From assembly GCF_009914755.1 (NCBI RefSeq), contig NC_060929.1: DNA of 64,000 nt; one strand, 5' to 3'. This DNA comes from the human T2T-CHM13v2.0 reference genome, Homo sapiens. The notes beneath the pieces were generated by a model. The model did no database searches. It saw only the letters and a list, made by a program, of their open reading frames with translations, and was not told the DNA's origin. The position numbers were made by a program, and so were the translations under genes. Shown here one piece after another: positions 39,281 through 51,541 of the stretch (its first letter is position 1; each line of letters starts with the position of its first letter).

Positions 39281-41781
39281 TTAAAGGATGGTGAGTTACC
39301 TGCCTAGCAAAAATAAACAATGATCTTAAGTGTTGCTATCCTGTGAAAGTTTCTGCACAAATTAGCCCAAATAGTAGTCTGGCTTCTGAAGGCAAATATT
39401 TTGCTTGACTTACTGCATTTTGAGAACTAATAGCAGGTGCGTTGTTGGTTCCAATTGAAGAGTCCTGCTTCCATCTTCCAGCTGGTCCTCCTTCTAGATG
39501 ATTCATTACTCCCCAAATCACATGATTGTAACAAGCTTAATCCACATTCACTGTGCTGCTTAATTACCAATAGAATAATAGCTGAAATTAAGCAGACTGC
39601 TTAATCACCTTCTTTTTATTCTGGCTGCTTTTTTATGATTATTATCCCTCCTGCCTTCACAGGTAACAAAATATATTGCCATGATAAATGACCAGCTCTC
39701 CAAGATGAAAGCTCCAGGTGGCAGAGACAGTCATGAAAGCCCTGCTCTATGGCCGAGGCCACTGCAGAAGCTAGAAGTGGGGAGGTCCTCTCAAGGACTC
39801 CTGACGCCTAGAAAGCATTCTGCCAGGAATGACAAAACAAACAGTTACAATTAGGAGACAGGATTCACAGGGTCCCTGCAAGGTAGCTGGTACCAAGCAC
39901 AGCCCCTTCTCTTCTGAAGAATGCAGTGATTTCTGCAGCTTTCAGGTTCACACTTCAAGTGATCACCAAGACTGTCGTTCATGAACCATTGCTGAAACTA
40001 TCTGATAGATTCACACGAAAAGGTGTGAACAGTATCTGCAGTTTGATTTCCAAAGAAAAACCTGGGATTGTATGGGAGGATATATAAGTTGGTGATTGAA
40101 ATAATTAGATAGGAAGGGGGTCTTTTATTCATTCCCAAGTTGTGCCCCTGACTCCTTGTGTGAGATTCATCGAAGTCCACAAGCTTACTATGCTTCAGTT
40201 TCCTCATTTGTACTGTATGAACAGGTTCTACCTATTTGCTTTGCAATGAGAACAACCCAATAAATAACTGAACATTTTGTGAGGAAAAAAAAACCCTTTG
40301 GATATGGGCACAGTACATCTACTTAAAGTCACTATATGAAAACTGAAAATAATCATTGTAATTGGAATAGTCTCAAGCACAAAATTGAATTCCCTCTTCT
40401 TGTACTCAGATTTAAATCGAGTTCCATTCAACAAATGTGCAAGTAAATGTGTTAGACATTAAAGACTCAGCAAAACGTGTACAATTTCTACCATCTGGCA
40501 ATGCGCATGCTCAGAGAGAGAATTTCCACCAGGCACTAGCGGGGTGGTGGTGTTTTCCCTTGATGCGGCTTGGTTTGGGGACAATAATGCAATGTTGCTT
40601 TATTTGAAAGGATGGTTACAAAGAGCTGGATTTCCCCTTCTTTAACTATAACCCATACTTTGCTTCCATTTATATCAGTATAAATATAAGGTCCATTCCC
40701 TCGGACTCTCACATATGCACTAAAGACAGCCGTGGGAGGTAGAAACCAGACTGAACAATTGGCCTGAAATCAAATGGCCTGAAATCAAAAAGTGAAGGGG
40801 AAAAAAGCCACTTGCTTATTCCTCTATCTTTAACTTTTTAAATTCAGTCAATATCATCTCTCTTGTTCACATAGATTCCAGGGAAGCTTTTGTTTCTCTC
40901 TAGTCATTGATCTTCCAGAAGTACAATAGCTATAAATAAGTCACCATGAAATAAAAGCAAAACTTGTGAGTCACTGCTGCCATTTTTTCCTAAGAACACA
41001 TGGGAATTAGTGTGAGATGATGATCATGAATAACTATGGTGATGATGTGAAGGCAGAGGGAAGAAATAAAATTTCTGTTCAAAGAAACCATGTTCCAGTA
41101 AGTTCCAAGTACACCTCCAACTGCATAACAGTATTTGCTTTTTTAGTTTGTATGTACCCATTGGCCTCATTGGACTTAAGCTCAAGGGACCAAGCTCTGA
41201 CAAGCATTTCTGTATCTGTGACTGGGAAGCCACACAGCAAGGAAACACGAGGTCATAATCATTGCAACATGAATTCTCACAGCTGCCTCTTCAGGGGAGC
41301 TCAGGGACTTTGTCATTTATATCAGCTCTCTTTTCTTTTCAGAGACAAAGAGTGGTTCACTTTCACCTTTCAAGGACCAGTCCTAAGTCTTTACATCTCT
41401 TCAAAAACCTCCCTAGAACAAGTTAGCTAAAATATCTCAAACTGTATAATTCACACATAAAAGGTACATTTGACTGTATCTGTTAGAAATTAAGTACCTT
41501 ACAATGGAGAGTAGATTCAACCAAGGAAGAAAAAAAGTTTTCTCTACAATGCTCTACACCTGCAAACTCTCTCTCAAAAACCGTCCAAGCTTTTGTGAAT
41601 GGTTAAACTGATGATGGCACAGCCATTCAATGAAATCTTCTGTAGCTAGAAAAATTAATTCACAAAAAAATTCATGACTCGGGAAATGATTACAATAAAA
41701 TATTAAATAAAAAACAGGATTCAAAGCTAAATACATAAAATGATGTAAATTATTAACTACATGCATAGGAAAAAATGGGGC

Positions 41782-42177
41782 TACATTAGTTTGCTAGCAC
41801 TGTCATAGGAAGGTACCACAGAGTGGCTTAATCAACAAAAATTTATTTTCTCACAGTTTTGGAGGCTGGAAATCCAAGATCAAAGTGTAGGCAAGGTTAG
41901 TTCCTTTGGAGGGCTTCTGAGGAAGAATCTGTTCCAGCCCTGCTTGGTGGCTTTAGATGGCTGTCTTGTCCCTCTGTCTCAAATCATAATCCCTCTGTAT
42001 GTTTCTATGTCCAAATTTTCTCTTGTTATAAGGACAGCAGTCATATTGGATTAAGGTCTGATTTTAAGTTAGTTACCCCTTTAAAGACCCTATCTTCATA
42101 TATGGTTCTATTCTGAGGTACTGGAGGTTAGGACTTCAACATGAATTTTTGGGGGAATCACAATACAGTCCATAACA
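41782..42177 (-). mobile_element. MLT1B solo LTR inside an L1ME-like 3' fragment
   Basis: Full-length LTR with a perfect 5-bp TSD GGGGC at 41777-41781 and 42178-42182. Confidence 0.88.
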
Positions 42178-43289
42178 GGGGCCCAATATACAAGAGTGTT
42201 TTAGTGGTGGGATGTGGGGCAATTTTCATTTTCCTCTTTGGTAGTTTCATGAGTGTTTCAAATATTCTACAATAAGATGTATTATTTTCATATATAGAGA
42301 AAACAATGAAATTTATCTTTGAAACACGTTTTTAGCATTCTTGAGGGTTTCCATCAGAGCCACATTCTTAGCAATGAGTTAACTGCCAGGCATGTGTTAG
42401 GGAAAAACCCACTCCTCACTCAGGAACCCATGACCCTCTATGAACTCTTAGCTTGCATTCCGAAAGGCCAGGAGCCCTGCCCTTCTCTATGAATCCCCAC
42501 TGGAGGAGTCAGAAGGACAAAGCCATCCTCCAAAGTCAGGTCAATCCCTCTTAACCACCATCCCATACACATACCTTTCACCCAAGTTCCCTGGGCAGGT
42601 ATGAATTTAGGACAGATGTCCCTAGTTTCCTGGAGGATTAGGACACTGTGTTCTATGTCTACACACATGCTGCTGTTGGCCAAAAATTATTCTTTCAAAT
42701 GCCTGCTTAAAATACATATTTAGGTCACAAGTAAAAGGTCTGAGGCCTTGCTGATAGTGCTTTTTGGACTGATTTTGATCCACCTAATATCCTTGAGAAT
42801 GGTGGAGTCCCAATGGCCCTTGCAGGGAGAGGGAGCAGGAAAGAAGCAGGAAACTCACTTGACCGTGTGGCAACACCTGCCAAGTATTATCAATAGAATA
42901 TAAACAATAGTACTTTCCATAACCCAGGAATGCGGCTAACCATTTTTCAAATACTATCTCTTTAAACTTCAGGACAACCCATGAAATTGAATCTGTTTTT
43001 AGAAATGAGGAAACAGAGAAGTTACTTGTCCAAGATGCACAGCTAATAAGTGGTCCAGCCAGGATTGGTACCCAGAGCCCCAGTTCATAACCTCCCAGGA
43101 CCGTAAGACCAAAAGGCAGGGGGGCCATGTCTGTTTTACTGTATCCCCAGTGAGGTCCATACTAAGTATTTGTTGAGTAATGAAAGAACAAGACCAAATT
43201 AGCTTTTTACTGAGAGTCCATAGCACCAGGTAAAGACTTGTTAAGCATTATCCCTAATCTTTGCACTAACTTTGTAAAATTAATAGTAT

Positions 43290-43652
43290 TGTCTTACTCC
43301 ATCCAGGCTGCTATAGGAAAATGCTATCAACTTGGTAGCTTATAAATAACAGAAATTTATTTCTCACAGTTCTGGAGGCTGGCAAGTCCAAGATCAAAGT
43401 GCCTATAGATTCAGTATCTGGCGAGGGCCTGTCTCCTAGTTCATAGGTGGTACATTCTTGCTGTGTCCTCACATGATGGAAGAACTAACTAGCTCGCTGC
43501 GGCCTCTTTTATAAAGGCACTAATCCCATTCAGGAGAGTTCCCCTTCATGACCTAATCACCTCCCAATGGCCCTACCCCTAATACCATTACCTTGGGGGT
43601 AAGGATTTTAACATATCAATTTTGGAGAGACACAAACATACAGACCGTAGCA
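43290..43652 (-). mobile_element. MLT1A0 solo LTR inserted in a MIR
   Basis: TGTCTTACTCCATCCAGGCTGCTATA..ACACAAACATACAGACCGTAGCA, with TSD AGTAT/ATTAT. Confidence 0.88.
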
Positions 43653-43790
43653 ATTATTGTCCCCATTTTAGAGTTGAGATAACTGAGGTTTAAAGAAATG
43701 AAATATATGCAAGGTTCTCAGGACTGGAAAATACAGAGCAGTATAAGATTTTCTGCCCTCACAGAATTCATGATCAAACTGAGGATAATA

Positions 43791-43794
<4 letters not shown>

Positions 43795-43852
<58 letters not shown>
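43795..43852. repeat. Compound (TC)23(TG)6 microsatellite
   Basis: Read directly from the sequence. Confidence 0.97.
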
Positions 43853-43853
<1 letters not shown>

Positions 43854-44798
43854 CCATCTGGGCAGTTTATGCTAAGACCCAAATAAGGGAAATAGGCAAC
43901 ATATGCTCCAGAAGCTCAGCAAATGTATGGATGTTACTGGGTTTGTTTTTGTTTTCATGAAGCCCACATCCTCAGCAGGTTAAGTTATCACAAAGCATTC
44001 CCTCAAGTGAAAAAGCCCAATGCGTGTGAGCACAGAATCTGAAAATCACACGGCCATGCCCACTGTGGTTGGCTGGGTGGAGGGAGAAGCAGGGATGCAG
44101 GATGTTCACCAGCCACAAAAGACTTCCTCAGCCTGAAGGAGGGGGCCGGGCCAATTTGGAATGACTTGAAAGGTCCCAGGCAGCCCCGGACCTGAAGGCT
44201 CATCAGGCTGGACGAGCCTTCTCCAAACACCCTCCTCTGACATGCAAATGCCAGCTAGACAGGGGTGGCACATTACATTTCTGGGAGAGGGTAAAGATCA
44301 GCTGCAAAACCTGGAAGGCTGGCTGGGAATGAATTCATTCAACAAATGTTTATTTATTTAACTAAATATTAAGGACATAACAGAAGAACAAGGGTGGACA
44401 GGACAAGAACTCTGCTCTGGGGGCACTTCCATTACAGCAGGGGAGGCAGACAACGGGACCAAGGCAACAAAAAAGCACAAAGTCCATTCTGTAGAAGTGC
44501 TGGGTGGGAAGGAAATAGTAAAAAGCCAAGAAAAAGAAAGTAAGGCAGAGACTGACCCAGAGAACCCAGCAGCTCTCGGAGGAGGTGGCAGGGAAGCTGA
44601 GAACTGAGGGAGAAGAACCTGGGTGGAGGTAACAAATGTCCGCGCCACAGACAGCAGCAGGTACACAGACCAGGGCTGGGAAAGAGCACGGAGCATCTAG
44701 GCCAAGGTGGCCAGAGCCTAGAGGGCTGGTGGTAGAATGGGAAGGTCAGAGGCTGCAGAGAGAGGTCATCTGGCCTCCGGGAGAGTCTGGCTTTAAAA

Positions 44799-44931
44799 TT
44801 TTTTTTTTTTCTTTACAGGCAGGGTCTCACTATGTTGCCCAGGCTGGTCCTGAACTCCTAGGCCCAAGCAATCTTCCTGCCTGGGCCTTCCAGATTGCTG
44901 GGATTACAGGCTTGGACCACCATGCCCAGCC
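44799..44931 (-). mobile_element. FLAM-type monomeric Alu
   Basis: A single left arm in reverse with a T tail and TSD CTGGCTTTAAA/CTGGCTTTTAA. Confidence 0.88.
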
Positions 44932-45119
44932 CTGGCTTTTAACCAGAGAACAATGGGAAAACCCTGGGGGACTTAGCACACCAGACAAGCCCCACTGTGT
45001 GCTTTAAAAAAGTCCCTCTGGCTGTCCTGTGTAGACAAACTCTTAGGGAGGAATGAGACCAGGTCAGAGATCGGGGCTGGGCCCGAGTAGGGGAGTGGAC
45101 AGACAGGACTTGAAATGTA

Positions 45120-45176
45120 TTATTTTTGTCATTACTTTTAATGGCAAAAACTGAAATTACTTATGCACCAACATAA
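45120..45176. mobile_element. MADE1 (Hsmar1 MITE) with one arm internally deleted
   Basis: TTTTTGTCATTACTTTTAATGGCAAAAACTGAAATTACTTATGCACCAACATAA, flanked by TA at 45118-45119 and 45177-45178. Confidence 0.85.
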
Positions 45177-46283
45177 TACTTTGGAGACAGAATCGACCAG
45201 GCAATGGAAGGACTGAGTGGCAATGGTGGAAAGTGGAGATGGGTCGGTTACTAGGCCAGCCTCAGTTGAGTTGCTGCTTTTAATTACCTCTTCCAAAGAT
45301 GTACTGGAGAAAGTCCTCATAAGCACTTTGCTTGCCACACCCACAGAAATAAACAAATTCCTTTGACAATCTACCACTTGGTTCCACCAAGAAATTCTTG
45401 AAAATCCTTCATTTCTTGCAGGAATCTGACCCCACAGGGCAGGGCATGTCTTTGTTTCCAGCCGAATGGGATTTCTGGGTTTAAGAGCACTTCCCACTCC
45501 CTTCCTAGCATCTGCATGGTTCTTTTGGTTGGTCCTTCTTGAAGTGCATGATGATTTTGTAAAAGAAAGCTTAAGACGATATGTGGAATATGACAGTAAC
45601 AAAACCAAGGAGACGGGTCCATGACAGTGACTACCTGGATCCAATCACTGAGTTACTTAGTAAACACTTCTTACACCAGAACACTGGGGATAATTAGTTT
45701 TTAAAGAAGCCACATTTGTAACTTTTAACCAGAAAACAGATTTTCTGTTGAGCAAGCCTGCCTTTCTGAAAACGTACTGTCAAAAAATTAGAAGTAGACA
45801 ACAGAGGGTACAATATTGAAACTATAATTTACTAAGCCCAGTAAAACATCACAATTAAATCTGTATTTGTGGTTCCGCTTAACAGCTCTCATATTTTTTT
45901 TTAGTGAGAACTGTCATGAAGAATAGCACTGTGTTTTAATTACTCCCCACAACATCCCCACAGAAAGGATTATAGAGAAGCTCCCCTGTGCCTCATGTGG
46001 ACTCACACAGGTGTGGTGTATAGCTTCCAGGTTGAGCAATGACTATGCACATTTAAAGACTATGAAGCAATGGTTAACACTTAAGAGCTGAAAGGACTAA
46101 AGACATTCAATAACAAGAACCACATCAGTTATATAGTTTGTTAGATTTCTAATGGCAGATTCAATGGTGTCAAAGGATTAAAAAAGGAAAATTAAAACAT
46201 TGGAAATGATAGTGTTAGAAAAAGAGGAATAAATGCAGACAAAAAGAATCGTAGGCCACAAAGGTATTCAAGAAGCAGAACTA

Positions 46284-46578
46284 GGCCAGGCACGGTGGCT
46301 CACACCTGTAATCCCAGCACTTTGGGAAGCCGAAGAAGGCAGATCACTTGAGGTCAGGAGTTCAAGACCAGCCTGGCCAACATAGTGTAACCCCATCTCT
46401 ACTAAAAATACAAAAATTAGCCGGGTGTGATGGTGCATGCCTGTAGTCCCAGCTATGTGGAGGCTGAGGTAGGAGAATTGCTTGAACCTGAAAGGCAGAA
46501 GTTGCAGTGAGCCGCGATCGTGCCACTGCGCTCCAGCCTGGGTGACAAAGCGAGACTCTGTCACAGACGAAAAAAAGA
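46284..46578 (+). mobile_element. AluS (Sz/Sx)
   Basis: Full Alu with TSD AAGAAGCAGAACTA/AAGAAGCAGAAGTA. Confidence 0.95.
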
Positions 46579-48309
46579 AAGAAGCAGAAGTAACAGGGAA
46601 GTGGAGAGAGGGAGAAGAAAGGAAAAGAGGAAAGATGGAGCAGAGAAGAGGACCTGGGGAGGGATGGTGAAGGGACTGAAGTGAGTAGGAAGAAAAAAGG
46701 GAAGAGGAAGAGCTTACCACAGAATAAGGAAGGTCATTTCCAAAGAGAAAGTGTACCTGTAGGGCAGATAATGGACTAAAACTCTTAGAAACAATAACAT
46801 GGTTTTATAGTCACTGCCCCTTCTGCTGGATAAAAAACGACTGGATTCAAACTCCCAATTCTGGCATTAACCTGAGTTGCTATGTCAACTGTGTGTCCAA
46901 CTTCCTTTGATCGCAGTTCCCTCCTCTAAAACGTGAAGATCCTAAAACAGGTCTTTTCAAACTTGATCTTTCTGTGATTTAAAAAAGAGGCAGAAGAGCG
47001 TTGAGATCAAGATCACAGGAGCTGAGGGTAGGCTCCTTTAATCTTCTCTCCATATGTGACTTTTAGAAAGGCACTTAACATGTTTGTGCCTCAGTGTCAT
47101 TGTCTACAAATAGGAGATGATAAGAATATCTATGTTATAAGATTCTAGTAAGCTTTGGCAATATAAGCTGTGTGTGCTATTATTAGCAGAAATCTTTTAT
47201 CCCACATTTCAAGTGTCTTTTATAGGCTAATCAATATGAGGGACTGTAGGTTTAACCGTATTTTAGACCTGAATTTTGGTGTATGCTGTTGTCAGTCATT
47301 TTATTGTCACGCTAATTGGTGTGTGTCCTTTCCACATCTGTGCATTACTAAGTCACACTGAGGCACATGCTTTTCCTTCTTTACAGGATCCCAGGTCAAT
47401 TTTCTTTCCTAGTTGAACATATGGTGGCTCCAACTCTGGAAGGGAACCAGAGAATGAGGTCTGCGCTCCATGCTGAGGGGAGCCGACTGAAGACAGAGGG
47501 TCCTTTCTTGGTTTCCACCAACATCAAGCTTCTTGCCTCCTAGGTTTGACTGTCCACTTTAAAACTCCTCCCACAACACAGTGTTCTCCACCCTTATCCC
47601 CACCACCGTGCCCTGCCCACTCAAAAAGGTTGTATCGCGTTCTTCACTGAAACGCAAGCAATACAAACATTAGCCCTGCTTCTCCGCATTTGTCCGTGCT
47701 ATCATTTTTGTTCACTATAAACAAATACAGTAGTTTGCTTGGTAACTTCATGAAACGGGAAGAAGACAGTTCTTCTGTGTTTTACTAGGGCTGAATCAAG
47801 TGACTAGCTAGGAAGAAAAAGACACTACAAAAAGAAGACGGTTTGGGCATTAAATAATTCAAATTTATTCCTCTAAATGTATTTTGATGAAAAGATAAAT
47901 CTTTCTAAGCAAACTCACTAATTCCCCATTCACTGACTTTCCTTGACAAAGCCTAAGGATCTCCACTTGCAGAAAGACACCAAATCTCCATGAAGGAAGA
48001 AGTGCCCCAGAGGCAAGTTTACTTACACCCATTTTCTCCAAAGCTTTACAAAAGCAGGGTGATCTCTGGCCAGGATGTGAAATATCAGCATAGCCTACTT
48101 TATTCTTTTACATCTTCATCTTCCTCTTTGTAAGATCTCAGGTAAAGATATACAATGCTTGAGCTCTAGGGTCTCACTGTATGTATTCAAATTCTTTTCT
48201 CCTTACTACTTCTGTTTAGGAAGGGTTTCCTAACACTATCTCCTTGCTTCAGTTTCTCCATCTCACCCTTTAATTAACCATGGCATGTTGGTGAAGACCT
48301 CAGGATGAA

Positions 48310-48500
48310 GAACCTGGCAGCCTGGGTTAACTCACAGCTTGGCCACAGATGTGCCACCCTGAGCAACTCACCTAAGTTCCCTGTGGCCTGTTTCCTCTTC
48401 TCAACTGTGGAGATGATAATGGTACCACCTCATAGATTAGTTGTGAAGGTTATGTGAAATAAAGAAGTAAGCACCTCTGACAGTGCCTGGCACACAGTCA
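48310..48500 (+). mobile_element. MIR SINE
   Basis: CCTGTTTCCTCTTCTC..GATGATAATGGTACCACCTCATAG..CAGTGCCTGGCACACAGT. Confidence 0.7.
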
Positions 48501-48690
48501 GGTGTTGAAACTGGTTGTAGCCATGGGAAGCTGTACTAACAGTATTCAGCTCTATGCCCAAGGCCCCAGGAATGCAGCAGCCTTACTTACTGCAGCCCTT
48601 CTGGCATATGAGACCCTGGATCCCCAGGGCCACCCTGCAGGGATAGGAGGAATCCTCGGCCTGCAGGTGCAGCCCTTGTTTGGTCACTGA

Positions 48691-48831
48691 TCAGCCTCTG
48701 ACACCTTTGGTTTAGTGCAGTGCTAATCCAAAGGCAGCCTCAGATGCAGTACTAAGCCAAATCAGCCTCAGTTTAGTGCAGTGCTAAACCAAATCAAACT
48801 CAGATGCTTTAGGTTTAGTGCAGTGCTCAAA
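48691..48831. repeat. Four degenerate copies of a ~42-bp unit with an internal inverted repeat
   Basis: TTTAGTGCAGTGCT occurs three times, and TCAGCCTC.. and ..CCAAA segments recur. Confidence 0.8.
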
Positions 48832-48865
48832 TCAACTGAAGCTAAGCATTCCAGTCCTGCTGAAC

Positions 48866-48987
48866 TGAGCTGCTCCCACCCTTAGCTCTGCCATGTCCCT
48901 CCAGTCTGTGTGGCACATATGGCCAATTGAGCTGCTCCCACCCTTAGCTCTGTCTTGTCCCCCCAGTCTGTGTGGCACACATGACCA
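48866..48987. repeat. 62-bp tandem duplication
   Basis: TGAGCTGCTCCCACCCTTAGCTCTG...CCAGTCTGTGTGGCACA starts at both 48866 and 48928. Confidence 0.95.
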
Positions 48988-49426
48988 CACAGTCTCCTGG
49001 CTGGATTCTCTCCCTGAACCCCAGACTGTTCAATCAGGCTTCAATAGCCACAGCCCTTACCAGTACTGCTAGGGTTTGGTGACTCCAGGCCCTGCTGCAG
49101 CTCCCTCCACCTCCTGCCCCACAACCTCACAGTTGTCTGCAGCTACTCCCTCCTTCCTTTTCATCCTTTTTGTAGCATAAAGGGCCTGTACTTCCATCTA
49201 AGGCAAAGTCTTCTCACTGTGCTGTCAGCTTTGGACCTCTTACTTCCTCTGCCACTTCATTTCACCAACCATCCTGTCTCTGGTTAACCTCTGGTTCTCC
49301 TGTGGCTTTGCTCATTTCTCTTTCAACTTCCAAAAGAAAAACTCAAACTCACACTTTTTGTTCTCCTCATGCTCTGACCTGTATTTTTCTTTCTTTCAAA
49401 TAGGGTGGCCTACATTTGGAGCATAA

Positions 49427-49556
49427 CCCATTTTTGCCTAGTGTTCCATTATTGGAATGCTAAGCTTGTAGGAGTTATTTTTATCCTACTGCTCAAGGTC
49501 GTCGCCAAGGTCTGATTTTTCACACACAAAAACTTGCAACCTCTGGCATAAATGGG
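49427..49556 (+). mobile_element. MER85 piggyBac (PGBD3-derived) MITE
   Basis: TIRs CCCATTTTTGCC / GGCATAAATGGG, internal GTTCCATTATTGGAA palindrome and CTGCTCAAGGTC..GCCAAGGTCTGATT. Flanks are ATAA and TTAA (TTAA TSD). Confidence 0.92.
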
Positions 49557-51541
49557 TTAATTTCCTACTATTCAGTCTTGCATGTAAGTGCATTATGGTT
49601 TCTGCTCTCTCCCCATCAATGGGACTGCTATGCTAGGGTTCCTGACAACGCAATGCAAGAAGGAGCATTTGTGCTGAGTCCTAGATGCTACCAAGCAGTC
49701 CAGAGTAGGGTAGGGTATTCTGGGAGAGAAGTAATTTTTTATGCAGACTCATGCTTCTCTCCTCATCAAAATCTTTCAGCCAGGGCCACATGGGTCAATA
49801 GGTTCTACCTCTCATTCTTACACAACCATGAAATTCCACACCCTGACACATCTTCATTTTCCTCTTACACCATCCCCTTTTTGACTTCATGATCTCCCTG
49901 AACACCTGGACACCCGGGTAAATGCCATTAGCACCACTCATGCAATCGGGTGAAGCCTCAGTTTTGTCTCCTTAACCATCTCTCAGCAATGCCTTCTCAA
50001 TCTCCAGAACAAAAGGATTATGACTTTACTTTGTTAAGACATCTAAGTAGACAGGCCCAGCGAGTCATTGGAAACGTTCATCTGTAACTCATAAGAGAAG
50101 CAAAATAATTGGTAATCCTATGCAAAAAAGCGAAATGTGCTTTCTTCATGCCTTTTCTCCCCTGACTCTTTCATCTTTGTTGTGGTCCTCATTCTTCCTT
50201 TCTAATTTTTACATAAATTTAAAAGGTGCTTTACTTAGGGAACTATTACAAATTATTCTGCTGAATCATGGTAAAATAGAATTTGCTTTGGGGATGGCTC
50301 CAGTATAAGAAAATCCTCAAGGTTGCAGCTTTCCACAAAGGGAGGGTTCACAAAAGTCTAAGTCCTCATAGCATAAAAGCTTTTAGAGCAAAAATAATTT
50401 AAAACAGGAGTTGTCTACACTGCAACTTTTAAACAGAGCTTTTCATGCTGAAATTAGCACAAAGCTTACTTAATATCCAGAGTGCTGCATAAGGAACTAT
50501 TGAGGAAACGCAAGGGGCAGCTGGAAAAACAGAGGAAAGTGGGAGGCAGGCATGGTGCCAGGCACTGGGACAGTCTCTCCATCTAAGCCCTCTAACAGTG
50601 CAGAGACCCTGTAGGTGACCCATAAAAGGACAGAAGACCCCTGGACACCAGGACAGTAGGCATCATACCAAGAGCCAGGATAACAGTGGGGTGCGAACAC
50701 ACATTCAGAAAGCTAAGGCTAGAAAAACTACAAAAGACAGAGCCAGACTTGGTGAGCTCCAAGAAACACTAAGGTAGAGCTGGGAATCTGTAGCTAAGCC
50801 AGCATAGGGTCAACTTCATAGATTTGTTATGAAGGTTACAGGAAATGAAAAAGTAAGCAATGCTGAGTGGCTGGCACTCACAGTCTAAATCCCCATAGCA
50901 TGAATTGGAAGGGCCCTTGGTGATCACCCAGACAAACATGGTGCCCTTCTCTCCCTACCTTTCCCTTCCTGAACAGTTCAGTTCTAAAGCCCTTAAGTAG
51001 GACAGATAAAAGTATGCATCTGTGTAGGGTTGGAACGAGAGGAGAGCTGAGGTGGACTAGCAGAAGGCCATAGCCTGAGCAGAGTGAAGACATCTGCATA
51101 GGCATGATACATGGTGCAGGGTAACAGAGCCCAGGACTGAGCAAGATGAGAAAAATGTCCGTGTTAATGAGAAAGAGGCACAGTGCTAGGTTCCTGAGCC
51201 TGAGCAAGCTAAGGTGGACAGCCCCAGAGGGAGCAGTCTGGAGAATCAATGCCCCGTGGCTTGACATGGAGGTCAGAGCCCAAGCAGGGTGAGGAGGGCA
51301 TCCATATCAGGCAAGGGGGTAGTGAGTAGCCAGCACAGAATGTGGGAGCTGAATTTTGGTGAGAAGAGAGCAGGGAATGGTAGCAATAATGGAGATGGGA
51401 TATTAATCAAAAACAGGGAGACTGATCAAATACTAAGGAGAATGAAAGCCAGTTACATCATTGTCAGAGAAGATATTTTCATAAATATAAAAGGGAGAAA
51501 ACCAGAATGAATACTATGATGTTGGCCTGGAAGCGAAGGTA

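Larger units (their letters stand above)
44330..45240 (-). mobile_element. L2 fragment hosting FLAM and MADE1 insertions
   Basis: L2 3' end ATTCATTCAACAAATGTTTATT followed by diverged L2 body motifs. Confidence 0.6.

Noticed and set aside
40500-40570. NRF1-like ATGCGCATGC with a few CpGs
   Set aside because: The motif is incomplete and there is no CpG-island context.
45138-45644. 168-aa minus-strand ORF
   Set aside because: It runs into L2 and MADE1 sequence and shows no recognisable domain.
48704-48734. Iron-responsive element (CAGTGC loop)
   Set aside because: The five bases flanking CAGUGN do not pair and the bulged C is absent.
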